From Candidatus Onthoplasma faecigallinarum (lineage in GTDB: Bacteria; Bacillota; Clostridia; Christensenellales; UBA1242), in contig DVMB01000071.1 in assembly GCA_018715225.1 (NCBI GenBank), positions 1 to 35,134 of the forward strand: DNA of 35,134 nt, given 5' to 3'. Positions 9,825 to 17,819 of this stretch are shown here, one piece after another. A program made the translations under genes and the position numbers. The notes beneath the pieces are model-generated. The model was not told where the DNA came from and did no database searches. It saw only the letters and a program-made list of their open reading frames with translations. How positions within the stretch are numbered: the stretch's first letter is position 1; each line of letters starts with the position of its first letter.

Positions 9825-10556
9825 ATGTATTATTGTAATGATTTTCTATCACTTTCGGTGCTATCTTTATATGAAGGCGAATTGTTAGGTGTTGTGGACA
9901 AACTATATTTTGACAAAAAAATGAAAAAATTAATAGAATTAGAATTGATCGGCGAAAATGACACCAGGCTAATTTTACCTACAAAAAATATTTATCATGT
10001 AGGTAAAAATGCTATTACTGTCAAAAACAATCAAGCCGTGAGTCTAAAGGTTGAAGACTCGATCCTTTCACTATGCCCGATTGATTCTAAAGCCTATACC
10101 ATAACAGGGGAATATCTAGGTAAAATAAAAGAGATTAGTCTAAATGAAAAATATTTGACTGACAAATTTTCTTTGGACAACAATTCCACTTTGGACATAA
10201 AAAATCTAGCATCATGCGGGAAAAATACAATCATATTTTATGACACATCTACAAAAATCAATGTCCACAAATTCACTCCACAAAAAACACCAAAAATATT
10301 TAAAACAGAGCCCGAGCAAACTGCTAACATCCTGCCAGTAGTAGAGGACGAGCCATCTCAAGCCGTTCAAATAGAATCAAAACCAAAAACAAACTCACAA
10401 AATGCGGAATTTTTGATCGGTAGGATTTGCACCAAAGACATATTCAATTTCAACAACGAACTATTGATAAAAGCCCACGGCGTAGTAAACAAAAAGAATT
10501 TAAAAGAGATCAACAAATTCGGTAAACTACGTGAATTGATGCTTTACTGCAAATAG
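9825..10556 (+). CDS. PRC-barrel domain protein (YrrD/YlmC-like, two barrels)
   Basis: 'V.SLYEGELLG.V....FD....I..VGKNAITV' and a second 'AYTITGEYLGKI.EI'. C-terminal 'LIGR....DI......LI......V'. SD GAGGT. Confidence 0.75.
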   Translation: MYYCNDFLSLSVLSLYEGELLGVVDKLYFDKKMKKLIELELIGENDTRLILPTKNIYHVGKNAITVKNNQAVSLKVEDSILSLCPIDSKAYTITGEYLGKIKEISLNEKYLTDKFSLDNNSTLDIKNLASCGKNTIIFYDTSTKINVHKFTPQKTPKIFKTEPEQTANILPVVEDEPSQAVQIESKPKTNSQNAEFLIGRICTKDIFNFNNELLIKAHGVVNKKNLKEINKFGKLRELMLYCK

Positions 10557-10557
10557 T

Positions 10558-11070
10558 TTAAATGGACAAAAATCTAACACTATCCCTGATGTATTGAAAG
10601 ACCTTGATATGCTGTTCTTCATCTTCTATTATTCTTGAAAACAGATTTTTAAGGCTTTCATTTTTTACTCTCTTTATTGCCTCTCTATAACTATTGATAG
10701 CCATATTTTCCGCTCTTATATTGTTGTCTAACATCTCTTTTAATTTTGTGGTATAGTTAATGCAATTTGTATTGAAATAATTTCCTTGGCTATCCTCATA
10801 TTTTGGCACTCCGCCGAAGTCTGTTACAGCATGCATCAACAGATCTAGATGTATCATCTCAACTATACCTATCTCTTCAATAATTCCGCCTATCTCCTCC
10901 ATAGTCTTATCCGCCACTACGGATTGATATATGTATTGCAAGACTGCTCCCAATTCACCTGGCCTTGAAATTAAATTTTTCAAAATAGATACCGTCATCG
11001 TATCATCACACGCCCCGACAATCTCTGGATATGGTTTATCAATTTTTACTTTCATATCTTTTAAATTCAT
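10558..11070 (-). CDS. Ferritin-like dimetal protein (Mn-catalase/CotJC-related)
   Basis: GEL.A.LQY.YQ, EM.H, AE..A...Y and DE..H form a complete four-helix dimetal ligand set. SD AGGAGG. Confidence 0.85.
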   Translation of the reverse strand: MNLKDMKVKIDKPYPEIVGACDDTMTVSILKNLISRPGELGAVLQYIYQSVVADKTMEEIGGIIEEIGIVEMIHLDLLMHAVTDFGGVPKYEDSQGNYFNTNCINYTTKLKEMLDNNIRAENMAINSYREAIKRVKNESLKNLFSRIIEDEEQHIKVFQYIRDSVRFLSI

Positions 11071-11306
11071 TTTTCCTCCTCGCTATATTAATTATTCAAA
11101 ATTAATTTATTTTGTTAAACCCAAAAAATAAATATAATATTTGAAATATAAAAAAATGATCATAAAATATCAAAAAAAATTAAAAAAATATTAAAAAATC
11201 GTTCTAAAATTAAAATATTTTAAAAAAATTTATCATTTTATTATATAATTATTGATAAAAATAAAATTTATATAAAAATAAATATATTAAATTACATCTA
11301 AAATCA

Positions 11307-11335
11307 TTGTTAAATTGACTAAGATATGGTACAAT
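11307..11335 (+). promoter_or_regulatory. sigmaA-type promoter (extended -10) of the P-type ATPase gene
   Basis: TTGTTA-17 nt-TACAAT with TG at the extended -10 position, followed by SD AGGTG. Confidence 0.6.
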
Positions 11336-11350
11336 CATATCAGGTGATAT

Positions 11351-13735
11351 ATGAAAAACAAAAAGAAAAACAAACGTACATTGACTCAAAATATAACCAG
11401 ATTCAACCCAAAGCCAAATACTGGCTTGACTCAAAAACAGATACAGCAACGAAGTGAGGAAAATCTGGTCAATATTTCCAACATAAAGACGACAAAAAGT
11501 TCGTGGAGTATATTTGCAAAAAATATATTTACATTTTTCAATATGACTTGTCTAGTGGTAGCTATAGCACTCATCAGCGTAGGTGCGTACACGGATATGA
11601 TGTTCATGGTCATAGTTATACTTAATACCACAATAGGTATCATCCAAGAGATCCGTGCAAAAAAGACTATGGACAAACTGTCTCTAACCAACTCCAATTT
11701 TACCAAAGTGATACGTGATGGAGAAGAAGAGGAAATCTACAAGACAGAGGTCGTGCTAGACGATGTCCTATGCCTCAATCCTGGTATGCAAATCGCCTGC
11801 GACAGCATTGTCCTCGAAGGTCAGGTGGAAGTAAACGAAAGTTTGCTCACAGGAGAAAGTCAACCTGTGAAAAAATCAAAAGGAGACAGCCTGCTAGGTG
11901 GGAGTTTTATCTCCAGTGGCACATGCAAGGCAAAAGTAAACAAAGTTGGAAATGACAACTACATCGTCCAGTTGAGTGAAAAAGCCAAAGCTTTTAAACA
12001 GGCAAAAAGTGAATTGCTCACTTCCCTCAGGGCTTTGATAAAAATAATTACCATATTCATGGTGCCTATCGCAATAATGATGTTATACAACAACTATACC
12101 TACTATTCAGCCAATCCAGCGGCAGAATATTCTCTAATATATATGGTAATCACAAAGACCAGCGGATGTATAATCGCCATGATTCCAGCGGGAATGTTCC
12201 TATTGACGTCTGTTGCCTTGGCAGTCAGCGTCATGCGTCTAGCCAAAAAGCGAACCCTTGTCCAAGACCTGTATTGTATTGAAATGCTCGCAAGGACCAA
12301 TGTCCTCTGTCTAGACAAAACGGGTACATTGACTAATGGTTCAATGAGTGTAAAAAATGTAGTCATGCTCAGCAAAAAGACAGAAAAAGATGTGGACAAA
12401 ATTGTCTCATCCATGGTGGCATCATTCCATGACGCTAATCACACAGCGTTGGCACTAAAGTCCTATTTTGGAAAACCCGTTTACTCTGCCGAAAAATCTG
12501 TACCTTTCTCTAGCGAGAGAAAATTCATGGGCTGTAAATTCAAGTCTATAGGAGCGTATAAATTAGGTGCCTATGAATATGTCTTGGATAATCCAAGCGA
12601 AGAGATAAAAAAGCAAGCAGAAGAATTCGCCCTGAGTGGTTACAGGGTATTGCTACTAACCGAATGTGATAACAACTTTACCAACAACAATTCAAAGCCT
12701 GTGGCTATGATTTTACTTCAGGACAACATTCGAAAAGACGCACCAAAAACTATAGAATGGTTCAAACAAAATGATGTGGACATCAAAATAATATCTGGCG
12801 ATAATCCTATAACGGTCAGCGAAGTGGCTCGCCGTGTAGGAGTTGATAATTATGATAAATACATCAGCCTACATGGACTTTCTAACACAGAGGTTATGGA
12901 GGCTGCCACAAAATACTCTATTTTCGGTAGAGTCAGTCCAGAACAAAAGGCAATATTGGTAAAAGCCTTAAAATCTCAGGGAAAAACTGTTGCCATGACG
13001 GGAGATGGCGTGAACGATATATTGGCACTGAAAGAGGCTGATTGTTCGGTAGCCATTGCAGCAGGAAGCGATGCTGCTCGTAGCGTGAGTCAACTGGTCT
13101 TGCTCGACAGCAACTTTAGTTCTATGCCAAGCGTGGTAGCAGAAGGTAGACGTGTGGTCAACAATATTCAAAAGTCCTCCTCTCTATTTTTGATGAAAAC
13201 CATATTTGCAATATGTATTTCAATCTTTGTGCTGTGTATGAACAAGACTTATCCATTTTCACCAATACAATTCATATTGCTAGAAATATTTGTCATAGGA
13301 CTGCCTTCTTTCTTCCTTGCACTGCAACCAAACACAAATCCTATCAAAGGCAAATTTATGTCTAACCTAGCGAAAAATGCGCTCCCCGCTGGTTTGTGCC
13401 TCGTGGGAGTAACGATCACTATGTACATCTATCAAATGTTCACTGGTATTTCTACCGAACTACTAGTTACAATGTCCTCTATCGCTATCGTTGCTGTAGG
13501 GTTTATGGCATTGTTTAGAATGTGTAAACCATTCAATTGGTTTAAATCTATTATGTACATTGCCTGCCTTGCAATATGTATAACCTGCGTTATCTTCTTG
13601 CATGACTTGTTTAGATATGTTGCTATTCCATATACCGATCTGTTATTCTTAATTATAGTTATAGAATCTGCTTTCCCTGTTTATTTGACTTTCAACTACC
13701 TAGCAGATCTATCAAAACACATATCTAAAGACTGA
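11351..13735 (+). CDS. P-type cation-transporting ATPase (HAD-IC, CtpE-like)
   Basis: LTGES, DKTGT phosphorylation motif, SGDN, TGDGVND and about 10 TM helices. Confidence 0.95.
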   Translation: MKNKKKNKRTLTQNITRFNPKPNTGLTQKQIQQRSEENLVNISNIKTTKSSWSIFAKNIFTFFNMTCLVVAIALISVGAYTDMMFMVIVILNTTIGIIQEIRAKKTMDKLSLTNSNFTKVIRDGEEEEIYKTEVVLDDVLCLNPGMQIACDSIVLEGQVEVNESLLTGESQPVKKSKGDSLLGGSFISSGTCKAKVNKVGNDNYIVQLSEKAKAFKQAKSELLTSLRALIKIITIFMVPIAIMMLYNNYTYYSANPAAEYSLIYMVITKTSGCIIAMIPAGMFLLTSVALAVSVMRLAKKRTLVQDLYCIEMLARTNVLCLDKTGTLTNGSMSVKNVVMLSKKTEKDVDKIVSSMVASFHDANHTALALKSYFGKPVYSAEKSVPFSSERKFMGCKFKSIGAYKLGAYEYVLDNPSEEIKKQAEEFALSGYRVLLLTECDNNFTNNNSKPVAMILLQDNIRKDAPKTIEWFKQNDVDIKIISGDNPITVSEVARRVGVDNYDKYISLHGLSNTEVMEAATKYSIFGRVSPEQKAILVKALKSQGKTVAMTGDGVNDILALKEADCSVAIAAGSDAARSVSQLVLLDSNFSSMPSVVAEGRRVVNNIQKSSSLFLMKTIFAICISIFVLCMNKTYPFSPIQFILLEIFVIGLPSFFLALQPNTNPIKGKFMSNLAKNALPAGLCLVGVTITMYIYQMFTGISTELLVTMSSIAIVAVGFMALFRMCKPFNWFKSIMYIACLAICITCVIFLHDLFRYVAIPYTDLLFLIIVIESAFPVYLTFNYLADLSKHISKD

Positions 13736-14582
13736 TTATGTTGCTGATTTTATGTGAATTTATCTCAAAATTATAAATACCCGCAAGGGTATTTTTTTTG
13801 AATAGAAAGACCTTGTTTTCACTGATTGGATAATAGTCATCAAATTCATCAAAAAAGTCCATTATACTATTTTCATTTTCCTGCCTTATATTGTCATCTA
13901 AAAGTGAATTACAATACTTGAAATTTTTATTCAACAAGCAATCTAAGAACGTGCACGCCACAAACTCGTCTTTTAGTTTCAACTCTTCTTCATCTAGATA
14001 TACGAGATATGTGTCAAACTTTTTGTCTTTGATTTGATACACTCTTCCGTGATTCAATACATCATGCTTTCTACACATAAACAATGTCTCATTATCTGCC
14101 ACATTGATTTCATCATAATAGTCCGCACAACATACCTCAGTCCCATTCAGTATGACAACATACTCTCTCGCTCCAGAAAAATATATAACACAAAGATCCC
14201 CCACCAGTTCGTAATGTGAAAACGTGATTTCTTCGACCCGTGTTTGCAATACAATTTCTCCGCCGACCAAGATCATAAGGTCTTCACTCAAGTTCAGTTG
14301 AACGTCCTTGTTGCCGTATTTAAAAGTGGTATAAAAGCCATTAGTGCTATAATGTGGCATGAGAAAAAAATAGTCGTCAACACCCTCTCTTATATGTACG
14401 ATCGATTTAGTGTTACAATCAGGGTTTGCAAAATTTATGATAATAGGAGATTCATTTCTATATCCTAAAAAAACGCAATTTTGATTCACACTATCTATGA
14501 CCTTATATTTTACATTAGGTAAAATCTCTGTTTTACTTTCCCCAAACATCAAACAATGAAACTTAGATACTAGATAAATCAT
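13725..14582 (-). CDS. Hypothetical protein (acidic, beta-rich)
   Basis: 285-aa ORF filling the space between neighbours. No motif recognised. Confidence 0.7.
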   Translation of the reverse strand: MIYLVSKFHCLMFGESKTEILPNVKYKVIDSVNQNCVFLGYRNESPIIINFANPDCNTKSIVHIREGVDDYFFLMPHYSTNGFYTTFKYGNKDVQLNLSEDLMILVGGEIVLQTRVEEITFSHYELVGDLCVIYFSGAREYVVILNGTEVCCADYYDEINVADNETLFMCRKHDVLNHGRVYQIKDKKFDTYLVYLDEEELKLKDEFVACTFLDCLLNKNFKYCNSLLDDNIRQENENSIMDFFDEFDDYYPISENKVFLFKKNTLAGIYNFEINSHKISNIISL

Positions 14583-14679
14583 ATTAATATTTATGAAACA
14601 AATACAAAAAACTTTCTAAAACTACAAAATCAATTATATACCGCACAATAATTATTCAATTAAAGGTAAAAATAAAATT

Positions 14680-14976
14680 ATGATAAAAAATTTAGTAAAA
14701 ATAAAATCCATCTCAAAAAAAGCAAAATGGAAAGATACAAAATGTAACATACATGTCATGCCCCCAACAATCACTGATGACGACATCACGGCGCTTTTCA
14801 ATGGCATACTAAATGTCATGCGAAAGAAAATAGAACTTGAGACTCGTGCCGAAATCATAAATATGAATGTCAACATTGAAAAGATAATGAAACAACTTAA
14901 CGAGAAAAAAGCAGAGTGTATAAGACTAAAAAATGAAATTTTGTATCTAAAATCAAAATACAACTATATCAAATAG
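14680..14976 (+). CDS. Small hypothetical protein with a C-terminal coiled coil
   Basis: 98-aa ORF with heptad-like 'IEKIMKQLNEKKAECIRLKNEILYLK'. Start uncertain. Confidence 0.6.
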   Translation: MIKNLVKIKSISKKAKWKDTKCNIHVMPPTITDDDITALFNGILNVMRKKIELETRAEIINMNVNIEKIMKQLNEKKAECIRLKNEILYLKSKYNYIK

Positions 14977-15378
14977 TACTTCTATGTCTATTGCATAATT
15001 TTTTACACCTTTATCTATCGCAAAATCAATCATAGAGTTTACAATATGCCGATTTTTTTCCGTAGACAAAAATATAGCGTCAATAGAGTTTTCTATAAGA
15101 TATTTAGTCAACTCTATGTTGTCCGTATTCATAATTTTGTCCAAATTAAATTTTGACTTGGAGTTATTAAAAACCATTATTGGCATTACCTTTCTACCTT
15201 TCGCCCTATCCCTCAGTTTGTCATATATCCGCTTTTCAAAATCGCCAAAACTATCTACATATATTTCATGATAGACGTATGCAATAGAGTCTACGATCTC
15301 TACTAACTTTTTTATAACTACATCATCAAAAAACTTTCTCTCAACAATTCCGTATCCTATTATAAAGCATTTTTTCAT
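14953..15378 (-). CDS. Degenerate SLOG-superfamily (YspA/DUF1273-like) protein
   Basis: Start moved to ATG 15378 (SD AAGGAG). MKKCFIIGYG resembles C.F.GHR, YVDSFGDFE resembles F..G..G.FD, KYLIENS resembles RN.YMID.S, and FAIDKGVK resembles YA.K.GK. Confidence 0.55.
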   Translation of the reverse strand: MKKCFIIGYGIVERKFFDDVVIKKLVEIVDSIAYVYHEIYVDSFGDFEKRIYDKLRDRAKGRKVMPIMVFNNSKSKFNLDKIMNTDNIELTKYLIENSIDAIFLSTEKNRHIVNSMIDFAIDKGVKNYAIDIEVLFDIVVF

Positions 15379-15413
15379 AAGCAAAATTTTTCTCCTTTGT
15401 GCTTTTTCTATTA

Positions 15414-15461
15414 TATACGTATAGATTTCTATACGTATAATTAAATTGATAACGTTTATCA
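15414..15461. promoter_or_regulatory. Operator-like palindromes in the divergent SLOG/XRE intergenic region
   Basis: TATACGTATAGA-TT-TCTATACGTATA (15414-15439) and TGATAA-CGT-TTATCA (15447-15461). Confidence 0.65.
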
Positions 15462-15468
15462 TAATAAT

Positions 15469-15708
15469 ATGAAAATAAACAAGGCTTTTGCATTAAAATT
15501 GTCGAAAATTATGTACGAAAAGGGCATTTCAAAATACAAACTTGAAAAAAAGACAGGTCTGTCACATGCAACTTTTCGAAATATTTTCAATGAAGTAAAT
15601 AGTGATATAATGTTTTCAACAATTATAAATATTTTGTCGGCGTTGGGCATTGAATTGAAAGATTTTTTTGACGATGAATTGTTTGATTACAAAAATCTAG
15701 ATTATTAG
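15469..15708 (+). CDS. XRE/Cro-family helix-turn-helix regulator
   Basis: 'L..IM.EKGIS.YKL...TGLS..T...I.......TI..I..ALGI.L.DFF' is a typical small XRE protein. Confidence 0.9.
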   Translation: MKINKAFALKLSKIMYEKGISKYKLEKKTGLSHATFRNIFNEVNSDIMFSTIINILSALGIELKDFFDDELFDYKNLDY

Positions 15709-15733
15709 TTGAAAAACATGAATTTTCGATTTT

Positions 15734-15757
15734 GTCAAATGATTTTGACTTTTTTTT
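15734..15757 (+). terminator. Intrinsic terminator after the XRE gene
   Basis: GTCAAA-TGAT-TTTGAC followed by T8. Confidence 0.55.
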
Positions 15758-15776
15758 CGTTTTTTTAAAAAATTAT

Positions 15777-15805
15777 TTGCATAAAAAAAATAAAATTGCT
15801 ATATT
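15777..15805 (+). promoter_or_regulatory. sigmaA-type promoter (extended -10) of the DisA_N-like gene
   Basis: TTGCAT-17 nt-TATATT with TG at the extended -10 position. Confidence 0.6.
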
Positions 15806-15826
15806 GTTTTAAAAGCGAGTTGAATT

Positions 15827-17044
15827 ATGGAAGAGATGATTTTTTTTGACAATGCAAAAGAAAACGTAACAAATTTTTTTGAAAAAGAATTTGAAAATTT
15901 TCCACCACTTTTGATGTCCAACTTTTTGAACAAATTTAATGATATCCTCAATTACAGCGAAGAAGGCAAGAGCATTAAACCAAGAATAATTTTCACTGAC
16001 AACATTGAAGCGATAATTAGAACCTTTCCAAAATCAAATGCTCTCACCATCTTTGAAGACGCTGAACCGACCATGTTCAACTCAAGGTTGAAATCGATCC
16101 TAGCGATTACACGTAATGACTGGTGTCTATTCGTGGATATAAAAGAAAACAAAATAACATACGGCCTAGTCATGTCGTTTAGAAGCATAAAGGACAAAAA
16201 ATTTCTTCAACAACTGGAAGAAAATACTACCCTAAAAGATAGACCCACAAAGATTCACTGCGTCGTGATTCGACCACTAAATTTCTTCACCATGTACCTA
16301 CACTCAATTTCGGGCAATGACTTGGTAGTCAATTTCGCTCTCGACAAATCAAAGAACAATATCTTTTCAACGGAAATTAAAGAATTTGTAGATGCAACAT
16401 TTTCAAAACTTAGGACAACTCAACGCAAACTGCAAGACATGAAAAATATGTATATAAATATTTTCACAAACGTCATGAGCGATGTAAATGGTGCAATATG
16501 CGTCATTGTGGACAAAGATTATAAAGACAATGGTCTCTTCGCTGACGGCATTTGGCTGAAAGAGCCAATAAGTTTTAGCAAACTATTCACTCAGTCAAAA
16601 AGTTATAGCGAAGAAAAACTGCAAGCCTATGCCGAACTATTCATCAACATGCTAAATTTTGACGGCATTACTATCATAGACAATCAAGGACGTATTCTTG
16701 CCTACAATGTGTTCGTAGAGCCAAATTCAAAAAAGGTTGGATACATCGTCGGTGGAGCAAGAAAGAGAGCCGCCTATTTCATCTTGAGTAGCAAGCGTAA
16801 AGGTATAGTGGGCGTCTATTTTCAGTCTCATGAGGGGGAAGTATTCTTCCAAGAGATTAAAAAACCTATTAGAAAATCTCAAATCAAAAAACCAGATCCA
16901 AAACCTGAGCCAAAAGCAGAGCCAAAACCCGAACCTAAGCCCGAGACTAAAGCCGACATCAACCCTGAGATTAAACTCGACTTGAACCCTGAGATAAAAA
17001 TTGACACTAAGACTGCTGAGATTGTAGCGGTAGAGGAAAATTAA
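15827..17044 (+). CDS. Divergent DisA_N (diadenylate cyclase fold) protein with an N-terminal putative sensor region and a Pro/Glu/Lys tail
   Basis: Motifs in order: GAICVIV, DGITII, GRILAY, GGARKRAA, FQSHEGEV. These align with DAC GALIV, DGAVII, RI.AA, GTRHRAA, VSEE.G. Confidence 0.7.
   Translation: MEEMIFFDNAKENVTNFFEKEFENFPPLLMSNFLNKFNDILNYSEEGKSIKPRIIFTDNIEAIIRTFPKSNALTIFEDAEPTMFNSRLKSILAITRNDWCLFVDIKENKITYGLVMSFRSIKDKKFLQQLEENTTLKDRPTKIHCVVIRPLNFFTMYLHSISGNDLVVNFALDKSKNNIFSTEIKEFVDATFSKLRTTQRKLQDMKNMYINIFTNVMSDVNGAICVIVDKDYKDNGLFADGIWLKEPISFSKLFTQSKSYSEEKLQAYAELFINMLNFDGITIIDNQGRILAYNVFVEPNSKKVGYIVGGARKRAAYFILSSKRKGIVGVYFQSHEGEVFFQEIKKPIRKSQIKKPDPKPEPKAEPKPEPKPETKADINPEIKLDLNPEIKIDTKTAEIVAVEEN
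16888..17005 (+). repeat. In-frame repeats: (KPEP)-like x5, then [I/L]NPEIK[L/I]D x2
   Basis: KPDPKPEPKAEPKPEPKPETK, then AACCCTGAGATTAAACTCGAC and AACCCTGAGATAAAAATTGAC at a 24-bp period. Confidence 0.85.
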
Positions 17045-17053
17045 ATACGAGAT

Positions 17054-17086
17054 AAAAAAGAAGCATGAAATCATGCCTCTTTTTTT
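17054..17086. terminator. Bidirectional intrinsic terminator between convergent genes
   Basis: AAAAAAGAAGCATGA-AA-TCATGCCTCTTTTTTT: a hairpin flanked by A and T tracts. Confidence 0.85.
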
Positions 17087-17819
17087 ACTTCTTTTTGAAC
17101 TTGATGACTGTTCTAAAAATGGTCTTGTCCACGCACTTGCCTTCAATATAGTAATATGATTTATACTTTTTTCGATATATGTCTATCTTGTCCCCTTCAT
17201 GACTTTCGTTGACAAAATAGATTTCATATTCCTTAATATCCATTGACTTCATCTCATCTACAGAAAAACAATCTAACGCCATAAAATTATATTTCAAATT
17301 GTTCGTGTGATTGTTGACATCTATATCAGTCGATCGAATTGTCTTCGTGTAGACATAGTCATCTTTATCAACATCTAACTTCATATTGGTGTAATTAGTC
17401 GGTATCTTTTTTGTCTCCACCATCTCTAATTGTGGGAAATTTATTGAATTACCTTTCCTTATTCTTCTCGTTTCGTAATCTAGACAACACCATTCAGCGA
17501 TAGCTTTGGCTTTTATTGAAGAGCCCACTTTCAATTCGCAGGCCCTGTCAAACCTGATCATACCTGGTTCATAGGTCCAGGTCTTGACCGTTGCTTTGTC
17601 CCCACTCTTTAGAGAACCAGTTACCAGCAATTTCATCTTGCTGACTATCCAAAAAGCGTTGCTCGTCTTTATCATATTGTCATGGTCTAGCCCGATGCTA
17701 TCCGCATGATTGAAAGTCGCAATCTCAAGCATTCGCATAATTTCAGTAATAGGAACTCTCATTTCATAATCTATGCTGGTATCATCGACCACCAATTTTT
17801 CTTTGTACATATTTTTCAT
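17085..17819 (-). CDS. Acyl-ACP thioesterase (FatA/B-like, double hotdog fold)
   Basis: 'FWIVSK', 'V.TW', 'W..LD..TRR' and catalytic 'DID.N.H.NN.KY'. Confidence 0.93.
   Translation of the reverse strand: MKNMYKEKLVVDDTSIDYEMRVPITEIMRMLEIATFNHADSIGLDHDNMIKTSNAFWIVSKMKLLVTGSLKSGDKATVKTWTYEPGMIRFDRACELKVGSSIKAKAIAEWCCLDYETRRIRKGNSINFPQLEMVETKKIPTNYTNMKLDVDKDDYVYTKTIRSTDIDVNNHTNNLKYNFMALDCFSVDEMKSMDIKEYEIYFVNESHEGDKIDIYRKKYKSYYYIEGKCVDKTIFRTVIKFKKK

Noticed and set aside
11249-11449. 66-aa minus-strand ORF
   Set aside because: It overlaps the ATPase start and promoter and has AT-rich low-complexity composition.
14652-14963. 103-aa minus-strand ORF opposite 14680-14976
   Set aside because: Its Phe/Ile/Ser-rich composition is typical of the antisense of a Lys/Glu-rich gene. 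The plus-strand ORF is more protein-like.
14953-15757. Prophage or IS remnant call for the XRE region
   Set aside because: No integrase, transposase, terminal inverted repeats or target-site duplication found. Kept only as a cassette finding.
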